A stretch of DNA of 64,000 nucleotides from the human T2T-CHM13v2.0 reference genome, Homo sapiens: the NCBI RefSeq assembly GCF_009914755.1, contig NC_060928.1. One strand, given 5' to 3'. Both the position numbers and the translations under genes were made by a program. Position 1 is the first letter of the stretch, and every line of letters begins with the position of its first letter. The notes under the pieces are model-generated. The model worked only from the letters and a program-made list of their open reading frames with translations. It was not told the DNA's origin and ran no database searches. Below, one piece after another: positions 55,100 to 64,000 of the stretch.

Positions 55100-56400
55100 T
55101 ACTTCACAAAAGGCTAGATATTAAACCTTCATTTTCAGGGATTGTTCACCCACTTCCACAATCAACTGCATAGCAAGACTGTCTTGCCCTTTTTGTTATA
55201 TCATCATGGCAATCATGTAAGAAGATAGCAGTTTTTCTGGGCAGAATGTAATGGACTAATATAATGACCACTATGGGAGAATCAAGAATAATTAATAGTC
55301 CCTGTAACATGCACAGAAGAAGAAACCATCCAATTACCCAACCAAGGCCAAGAACAAATTTCATAGACCTGAGAACCAGCCTTAGAGAAACAAGTAGCTT
55401 TTTCATTATGGTGATGTATGGCCTGTACTACCTTGTCTGTTTCACTGATAGAAGTAGAGTAAGAATTAACAATGGCACAGATGCTACCACTACTAGGCAA
55501 TAAGAAATCTAGAGCAATGTGATTGTCCATCACTACTCATGCCAATGAGTTGAGACTGGTCTGTATTTCATCTAAAGCAAAGGTGATATCATTAATAACT
55601 TCTGCCAATGTTGATGATCAGTTTCTTACAGGGTTTCATGTCTGTACGATTCCCATGGGTGGGAACACTACTCTGATTGTTTGCATAAACAATGAGTCAA
55701 TAATTTCCCCAGCTAGAAAATCTGAATAATCAAAGGTGGCATTGTTTTGGAGCTTGTGTGTGAATCAGAATTTACAGTCTTGGTGATTTATAGAATCAGT
55801 CTCTATGTTCGGAGACAAACAAGTCTCCAACTACTGTTCCTAAAGTGTATGAGGTGATAGTCTTAAGCAAACAGGATCAGGCATCCTTAGCACAAAGGAA
55901 GTGGTATTCAGTTAGGGGCATATGAAAAACCAGGAAAAAGGAGTCATTTTGACATGAGGTCAGAACCAGGCCTTATGTTAATTGTATTACATATCTGGGT
56001 CCCTTTTAGTCTCATAAAGTGGCAAGCATTTGGCCCACTGCCTTGTGGCCCACACCCTATGAAGGTTGTTATATTAAAGTTTAGAATAACCTAGATTTTA
56101 TCAGTAGATTATAATAATTAGTCATTTTTTCTTGGAGAAAGGGACTCAGCAAAGTCATAGGTTGATTTGTTTAAAGTTATCTGTCCATGGCAGTGCAGGT
56201 GGAAACACCATCAGCTAAAATTCCCTCTGATTTCATTTGATGAAGCCAGAAATTATCCCAGAGGTTTTATTGTGGGGATTCAGTGATGAATGGAATGTCC
56301 AACAATCAACAAGAATGAGGGCAATGACTATTCTTTGGGATAAACCTAATAAAGGAATTAAAACGATTATATTCTGATCTGACAATTATCATAAAAAAGA
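55100..56400 (-). pseudogene. Degenerate retroviral env
   Basis: Minus strand reads ..LDEIQTSLNSLA*VVMDNHIALDFLLPSSGSICAIVNSY.. (heptad repeat, CKS-17-like immunosuppressive domain, eroded CX6CC), then a hydrophobic TM-like stretch; SU boundary approximate. Confidence 0.8.
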
Positions 56401-58690
56401 AGGAAAAGTGAAAAAGAGGCTGTTATGAGTGGATGACAATCAGAGGTCTATAGAAAATGAGAAGAATGACCGTAAGCAAGCAGTGACAAAAAAAAAACAA
56501 GTTATTCAGGGGTTCTGGTTCAAGGTCTTGTTTGGAATCTGTCCACTATTGAGGTCATCGGCTTCTTCTGAAAGTCTTATGTCAGCAGTCAGCTTCTGAA
56601 GATGAGCAGCTTCTAGAGGGTCTCTGAAAACCCTCATTATTGAGATCCCCTGTTGGAGCAGACTTCTAATTGTGTGGAATTCTGGTTGCTTATTTAGTTA
56701 TGAAATATAAACCTAAAGATTGGCTCCCTGTCATTTCACTGCTGTGGTTGTTGCTAACAATACCTGATAATGTTCAATTCAATAAGTTTTGAGAGCAGTT
56801 TTTCTCTCATGTCTCTTCCAATGGAAAAACACCTACTGACTGAAGATCACAAAGAGACTGTTTAGGAAGATGTGGGAAGGTGACCTTAACCTATTAACGA
56901 CAGGATTGAATAAAGCACAGGCACTCCTTTCAATATTTTGTCGTCTCTATGTGAAGCAGGGTGGATCTAGTACTGGAGGTGAAATTCCTCAATGTATGGG
57001 CCTTCTACTTACCAGTTCACAGAGGGATAACCAATGTGTCCCTAGAAGAGTCAGTCATATGCCAGTAGGGTCATTGAAAGTATTTTGGTCGTGGGAGCAA
57101 CAGGACTTTTTCTGAAAGGTTTGGTAATTTTAATTTACAGATGGCACTGGTTTTTTGAACCTTTCTACAATATCATGGGTAGTAAAAGCAGTATAGTTTC
57201 TGAGTAAGGGGTAAAACCTTACTGAGTTATTTTATAATAGTTCTCATAAAATGTGTAGGTTGGTCATTTGATATAAACTTGGTATCTCCAAGTTGAAAGC
57301 ATTAGCAGCTTTTTAACAACTGTAAGTGCTATAACTTTTTGGCAAGGAAATGCTGTTTCACCCTATATTGAAAATAAACTTATAACAATAATAAAGTATT
57401 TGAATCCTAAAAAGGAGGAGAGCTGGATAAAATCCATCTGCTGGAGTTCAAAGGGCCATTAAAGTTCTATTCCTGACCATGTCTCACCTTTAGAGCTTCC
57501 CCAGGGTTATGTTACTGACAGATGACAAATGACCTTCAACTATCTTCTTAAAGTTTCCCAATTAATGTTGATTTAAGATGATAGTAACCAACTTGTTCAT
57601 GTCAGGATGAGTAGTTTCATGGAGAAATTTAACAGTATATATTTGAAATCATCTAATGCTACCAAACAGCTAACTCAAGAGCATCAGAGAGAGTCTAGTG
57701 AAAGGTCTAACCATGCATTTTCCACTCTTCCTTTTCCAAATCAGGAACCAAACATTGATATTTTATAATGATCTCTGATTTCCTCCAGAATTTTCCTTTG
57801 AGGATTTAGTTAATATCATAACCTTGGTTAAGATTACCTGTTTGGCATAATAATCTTCTTGAGCATTTCCTTTCACTTCTCTGTTATCGCTTTTGGCATG
57901 GGTCTCAACCTTTATAATAGCCACCTCTCTAGGAAGTAGGAGTGCATTTACAGTTCCTTAACTTGGTGTTCATTTTTGATAGAGGTTCTAGCAGTGGTGA
58001 GAAATCCTTTCTGTTTCCAAAGCATCCCAAAGTCATATACCACTTCAAAGATATACCTGTTCTCTGTACATATATTTAAATATATGTTTACCCTCTAGTT
58101 TTTGACTAATTGACAGGTTCTAAAAAGTACAATAAATTCTGCCATCCGGCCCGGTTTTACTTCAGGAGACTATATTCTAAAGGATAACTTAAATTAATGA
58201 TAACATATCCTGTTCAATAACCTCCAGTTTTAGTTTTAATTTTGAGGTAGAATCCATCAACAAATAATATTAGATTGGAGTTCTCAATGAGAGTCTCTAA
58301 TAAATCTTAGTGAGGAACAGAAAGTTTCCTAACAAAGGTTAGGAAAAGGAAAAGAACTGTGAAATTCCCCTTCTTCTGGTAGAGATAGTAGAGTGGCAGG
58401 ATGCAGGGTGATATAACAGTGAACTGTAATATAAGAGAGTGACAGTAACAAAATCTCAGTCAGTAGGAATGTCTATAATGTCTGAGGAACCAAGTAGAGA
58501 ACAGAGGACTAGTTCACCAGAAGCATCAACAAATTTGGCAGTTTGCAGCTATCATCCTGAGACAAGACGGCCTTTGCAGCAAGGTCGGGATTGAGGCTGT
58601 AAGTAATGGTTTTCGTGGATTACATGAAGTTTAGTTGAAGCCACAAGGGCTTATCTATTTTGTTTATGTGCAAATAGACAAAGGAGTTTT

Positions 58691-58995
58691 GTTCGTTTGT
58701 TTGTTTGTTTTTAAGACAGGGTCTCACTCTGTCATCCAGGCTGGAATGCAGTGGCATAATCAAAACTCACTGCAGCCTCAGCCTCCCAGGCTCAGGTGAT
58801 CCTCCCACCTCAGCCTCCCAAGTACCTGAGACTGCAGGTGTGCTACCACCACATCTGGCTAATTTTTTGTATTTTTACTAGAGACAGGGTTTTGCCGTGT
58901 TGCCCAGGCTGGTCTCAAACTTCCAGGCTCAAGCAATCTGCCTGCCTCAGCCTCACAAAGTGCTAGTATTACAGATGTGAGCAACCACGCCCAGC
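58691..58995 (-). mobile_element. AluJ inside ERV pol
   Basis: AGACAGGGTCTCACTCTG..CAGGCTCAAGCAATC; TSD AGACAAAGGAGTTTT (58676-58690) / AGACAAAACAGTTTT (58996-59010). Confidence 0.93.
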
Positions 58996-59026
58996 AGACA
59001 AAACAGTTTTCTGTATTTAGGAATGC

Positions 59027-59490
59027 TGATACGGGTTAAATTGCTCCCACAATCACCAAAAGATATGTTGAAACCTTAACCTCTGTACCTCAGAACATGA
59101 CCTAACTTTGAAATACAGTGGTTGCAGATGTAATTAGTTAAATTAAAATGAGGTCATACTGGGATACAGTGGGCCTTTAATCCAACCTGACTAAACCCCT
59201 TATAAGATAAGAAGATGCCACAGGGAGAATATGGCCATATGACATCAGAGGCAGAGATTGGAGTGATGCATCTACAAGCCTACGAATGTCAAGGATTGCT
59301 AGAAAATACTGGAAGTTAGGAATAGCAAAGGAGTCTCTCCTACAGGTTTCAGAGAGCACATAGTCTTGATGCCTTGATTTCACACTTCTAGCCTGCAGAC
59401 AATAGGCTGAAACAATAAATTTCTGTTGTTTTAAGCCATCCAAAGTATTTTATGGTACTTTTGTTATGGAATATTTAGAAAACTAATAAA
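59027..59490 (+). mobile_element. MLT1B/C solo LTR inside ERV pol
   Basis: GTTGCAGATGTAATTAGTTAA..GAGGCAGAGATTGGAGTGATGCATCTACAAGCC..AATAAATTTCTGTTGTTTTAAGCC; TSD AATGC/GATGC. Confidence 0.88.
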
Positions 59491-60092
59491 GATGCCTAGG
59501 AAAGGACACTGTTGAAGAGAGTTCTCACGTTACAGAAGACCTGTTCCTATTTGGGCTCCCAGAGGACAGAGTCTCTTACTAAGGACTCAGTTACTTCACA
59601 AAGAAGTGTCAAAATTTCAGAAAACCTTTGCATCCATTGTCTGCAATATCCAGTTAAACCTAGTAGTCCTCCAATTGTCATTTTGTGAGCAATCTAGGAT
59701 AAATTTGGATAGTCTTTATCAGGAGAGGATGTTTTTCCATCCTTAGAGAGATCATGCCCTATATGTTGTTACATAATAATAAAAAATACTGCACATTGTG
59801 CCTGAATAATCTTGTTTCCTTTCTTTTCTAAGTTACGCCTTAAATAAACAATTCTGTTCAGATCAAATATTCCCCCGAGTGGTCACTGAAGGTTCAAAGG
59901 ACCCCTGATGAAGTTATACAATTTAGAGATATGGTAGCATAAATAATGAGAGTACATGTAAGACATAGAAATTTTTCCTGTAAGAGCAAAATATTTAAAT
60001 CTAGACAACTCAATGACAGATAGCCAACAGTCAGGCAAAAATGATGCTTATACGCTTTGTGTCTCAGTTCTCCAACCTGATGTTGTCCCACC

Positions 60093-60613
60093 TGTATTTT
60101 TAAGGTTCTTCAGAGAAACAGAATAAATAGGATATACTATATATAAATATGTATGTGGAGATTTAGTGTAGAAATTGGTTCACACAATTATGGAGGCTGA
60201 GAAGTCCTGTGATCTGCTGTCTTTAAGCTGGAGAACAGGAACGGCAGTGGTGTTATTCAAACTGAGGCCAAAGGCCTAAGAACTGATGGGTGGAGGAAAG
60301 TAGCTGCTGGTGTAAGCTGTGGAGTACAAAGGCCTGAGAACCATAAACTCCAGTGGCTAGTAGCAAGAAAAGATGGATGGCCCAACTCAGGAAAGGAAAA
60401 TGAATTCATCCTTCCTCCAGCTTTTTGTTGCATTCAGTTCCCCAATGGGTGGGACAGTACCCAGCCACATTGGTGAGGGAAATCTTTACTCAGTCTACCA
60501 TTCGAATGCTAATTTATTCTAGCAACACCTTCACAGACACACTCAGAAATATTTTACCAGCTATCTGGACATCCCTTAGTCCAATCAATTTGACACATAA
60601 AAAGAACATCATA
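60093..60613 (-). mobile_element. MLT2D/C-like ERVL solo LTR
   Basis: GGTTCTTCAGAGAAACAGAA..ATTATGGAGGCTGAGAAGTCC..TTGACACATAAAA; perfect 5-bp TSD CCACC (60088-60092, 60614-60618). Confidence 0.88.
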
Positions 60614-61211
60614 CCACCTTTAAATGCAGATCCAGCAACTTACTTTCCCCTTCCTCTCACTGGCAGGTGGAAAGCTAGTGAGAATGCTTTCTCTGAATCA
60701 AAGCCAAGTTCTCCAAACAGAAATCAAGGCAAAAGAAAAACTTTATCCAGTTTTATTGGAGACTCATAGCATAGTGTGTCCAAACAGGTGCCAGTCCAAT
60801 GAAAATTTCAAGCTCACCAATCTGTGAGGCCACCTGGAACAATAGGCCTGGAGCTCCTATGCCTGTATTCTACTGTTTGATTCTCCTTATGACAGACAAC
60901 ACTATTAGATCGCACAATACAAACAGGAAGCACAAAAAGAGCAAAAAGAGATGAAAAGAAATGACTTGATTCTACCAAAGATGTCAAACAGAAAACAATA
61001 AGACAACTTGGCATCAAACTGTGAATAAATATGCAAGGAACACAACGCACAGGAAACAGAGTTCAGGTCTGTGCAGACTTACAGTGTCAGAATGGATTTG
61101 ACAAGCCATGAGTAGCAAAGCACAGAGGCCTCTGTGGGCACTGTACGTGGTCAGAGCCTTGGGGCCACAGCATTAAGCAGTGTATACTGAATCTTAGTGG
61201 GATTTCAAAGA

Positions 61212-61636
61212 AACACAAATAAACAGAGACTGCCCAGATGTGAACAAGCAGAGAGTATATATTCAAAGCTTGCTATGGCAAAGGACTCAGCATCATCATG
61301 TGTTTGGGACACACTCAAAGACAGAGGGGGGAATAAGGAAGTTTTGTAGCAAAAAAAATAAAGAGATGGCTTCAGGTATGATTTGTTTGGAGGCTGTTTG
61401 GATGGGGAAACTGGAGAAAGGATAACTGGACGTGAGGCATTTTATGTGATTGTTTTCGGGGGTATATTGGCTTTCCTTGGTTGGTCCAGACTTGGAAGCA
61501 GGGACACAAAATAGAGAAGCTGGCAGTGACTGACCAGGTCCTGACTGTTCTGGACTCGTTGCTGCAGAGGTTATGGGTCAGTGTTCTGAGGTCATATATG
61601 ATTTGGTCATTGTTCCTTCAAACATTCAGTGTCTCA
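61212..61636 (-). mobile_element. ERV1 LTR (MER90-like), same orientation as 54571-55058
   Basis: Shared blocks GGCTTCARGTATGAT, TTGGCTTTC..TGGTTG, TTGGAAGCA, GCTGCAGAG..GGGTCAG and terminal TCAGT(G/T)TCTCA; left boundary approximate. Confidence 0.8.
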
Positions 61637-62559
61637 AAGCTAAAGTATCTATTTTCTTGTATCATTCCCTGTCCTTTCATAAAAAGTGTGGTATTGTACC
61701 ACAGATATCAAAATTCAAGCAGTGAAGATGTCTTGTTAGAATAGTTAAAAAGGGAGTAAGATGGGATTAAAAAAAAAAAACTTCATCTTTGAGAGGTTCA
61801 TTTCTAGTTGTTCCAGTTAAAACTAGGTTGGTTGGCCTTTCAGGCTATAAGATATCATGTTCATGTAACATGATATTTATTAAATCAAGCTCTTGATAGT
61901 TAAATTTCTTGTTGTGCTTGCCAAAATTCAGAGTAGCCACAGCACAAAGAAATTTAAGAATATATAATAAAACTTTATTAACTGACTTATTAAATTCAGA
62001 ATATGTGATAATTTGAATAAGAAAAATACTGAAGTTTTTTAATCCACAAAGAAATGTGTTTCTAAGTAATTCGTAATTTATACCCGTAAGTCAAAGTAAG
62101 TTCAAAAAAATTTTTTATTTCTTTTTAAATAAGCCATTAACTAGAATTTTCACTAATGCTGATCAGCTCCCAACCTCACTAGTCTAAATAAAAAGGACTT
62201 ATAAATATGACATATTGTGCTTTAAGTAAAATAACATGCGAATGTGAAAAACCATGTGACTTTACTTTAATAATGGTGTAAGTAAAGAAGTAGTTTCTAT
62301 TGAGGTAGCTGAATCTTACCGCATTTAGTGTAAATGTAAGTCTCACAATATGGTATGACATTTTCCCTATAAAACTCTACACTATTCAACAATACAGACA
62401 TTTTGTTACTATAATTACTAACTGAAAACAGAGAAGTAAGGGTCGTAGTTAGATTTCCATAAAGAATAGTTCCCAGTATAATAAAATAAGAGATGAACTT
62501 GGTTACCTCAAAGATCCCTTTTAGACCCTGGGGTTTGATTGATAGTTCACCTTTGGGTA

Positions 62560-62790
62560 AAGTTTATTATGTGCCAAGCTCAGTGTTAATCACCTTAAAA
62601 GTGTGAACTCTTTTAATGTGATTCCAACAATAATAGTTATTTATTGAGTGCCTGCTATATGCTGAATCCATGTAAAATCATTGTCTATTTAATCCTCAAA
62701 ATAATCTAGTAAACTGGGTATTATTATTTTATTTTATAAATAAGAAGTGGAATTCTGGAAAGATTAAATACTTTGACTACCAGTTCATTC
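62560..62790 (-). mobile_element. MIR fragments
   Basis: TTTATTGAGTGCCTGCTATATGC..ATTTAATCCTCA..ATTTTATAAATAAGAA. Confidence 0.65.
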
Positions 62791-63338
62791 TCTTTCTATT
62801 TCACCAGTCTGTTCTTGCTCCCTCCTCTGGCAAGTCCAGGGAAGTAAGGAAGGGGGCCTTGGGGTCTAGGATGATGGACAGAAGGCAGTGACCTGGGGCT
62901 GGGAGTCTTGTCTCCGTGTTCTGGGATGAGAGAAGCCCTCCCAAGCCACAAATGGGGAATCCAAAATCAAATCCAGAGCAATTACACCATGAGTTAGAGA
63001 GCCAAGAAGCTCAGGCGGAAGCTACGTTGCCAAATCCCAGCAAAAGAAACCTAAAGTAGCCAAGTTGAAAAGGTTATTTGACTTAAAAGCCCAGATTGTA
63101 AGGTCATGGAGTGCAGCAAAGGGGCCAGAGAAGACAGAAATAACTCCAGAACTGGCAGCTGCCCTGGTTCACCCCAGTTCCTGCAGTTCCAGATGAGGAG
63201 GAATTAAATCAGATTGCATATGTATGGAGCACATAACAGAGGGACAGTGGTACCAGGAGACCTTGATAAATGGTGGCTCTTGAAAATGGCAGCTGCAAGA
63301 AGCAGAACTGCTGAAGAAAAGAGCAAGGACTTAGGAAC

Positions 63339-63720
63339 TATATTATTCTGTTCTCACATTACTGTAAAGAATGACCTGATACTGGGTAATTATAAAGAAA
63401 AGAGTTTTGATTGGCTCACAGTTCTGCAGGCTGTACAGGATGCATGGCTGGGGAGACCTCAGGAAATTTACAATCATGGGAGAAGGCGAAGGCCAAGCAG
63501 GCACGTCCTATATGGCTGGATCAGAAGGAAGAGGAAGAATGGGGAGGTTCTACACACATTTAAACAACCAGATCTCATGCAAACTCACTCACTATCACAA
63601 GAACAGCAAGGGGGAACTCCGCCCCATGATCCAATCACCTCCCACCAGGCCCCTCCTCCAACACTGGGGATTACAATTCAACACGAGATTTGGGTGGGGA
63701 TGCAGAGCCAAACTATATCA
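63339..63720 (-). mobile_element. MSTA-type MaLR solo LTR
   Basis: GGCTCACAGTTCTGCAGGCTGTACAGG..CCAATCACCTCCCACCAGGCCCC..CCAAACTATATCA; perfect 5-bp TSD GGAAC (63334-63338, 63721-63725). Confidence 0.93.
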
Positions 63721-63725
63721 GGAAC

Positions 63726-63825
63726 TTTCTGGGCTGTTGCTCACCAGGTGAGGGACTTTGGGGAAAGCCATTTAACTTTTCAGAGTCTTAGTTTCTTCAT
63801 CTATAAAATGGAAATAATAAAAACA
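63726..63825 (+). mobile_element. MIR fragment
   Basis: TTAGTTTCTTCATCTATAAAATGGAAATAATAA core. Confidence 0.75.
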
Positions 63826-64000
63826 AAAAAGCATTTTTTATGCAATCAAAAATAGTAACATTGACTGAAAGTAGCTAGAGCAGAAGATGTCATCCTGTTA
63901 CTGAGCTTCAGCCTATTCCTGACCCAAGGTGCATCAAAACAGTGCTGTCTAAACAACCTGCTTTGTTGGAGAAATTCAATGCAATGGGATCTGGAACGTA

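Larger units (their letters stand above)
56450..59768 (-). pseudogene. Degenerate gammaretrovirus-like pol (RT C-terminus, RNase H, integrase)
   Basis: Minus-strand motifs LGLTGYCRQW (59634-59663), [16 protein letters not shown] across the insertions, ILFVDG (about 58250-58270), VYDFGMLWKQKGFLT (about 57995-58040), VAIIKVETH, PFELQQMDFIQL (about 57422-57455). Confidence 0.88.

Noticed and set aside
61852-61876. 10-bp stem hairpin ATATCATGTT-CATGT-AACATGATAT
   Set aside because: Short AT-rich inverted repeat expected by chance in 64 kb; too short for a pre-miRNA

Overview
This is repeat-dense, AT-rich, CpG-depleted simian-primate (human-like) genomic DNA, intergenic or deep intronic. The presence of AluY, L1PA7/8 and THE1/MST elements supports that assignment. 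I find no intact protein-coding gene, RNA gene or CRISPR array; the ORF track consists of transposon remnants and chance ORFs. Main contents: a solo MLT2A LTR, a MER1A/AluJ pair sharing a target site, a full-length Tigger1 interrupted by an L1 that itself carries an AluY, a full-length but dead 6.4-kb L1PA7/8 (17692-24106), and many L2/MIR/CR1/MaLR/hAT fossils. There is also an old class I (gammaretrovirus-like) proviral remnant on the minus strand (54571-59768; env, IN, RNase H, RT C-terminus) with a second related LTR at about 61.2-61.6 kb. A repeat-poor block at 30.6-34.1 kb holds a strong CTCF motif and a weaker one in the opposite orientation. I see no convincing new biological system. 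The best second-look items are insertion-order puzzles, small rearrangements, a tiny orphan retro-insertion, the ERV architecture and the candidate CTCF pair. Subfamily names come from my recall of consensus sequences and need RepeatMasker/Dfam confirmation.
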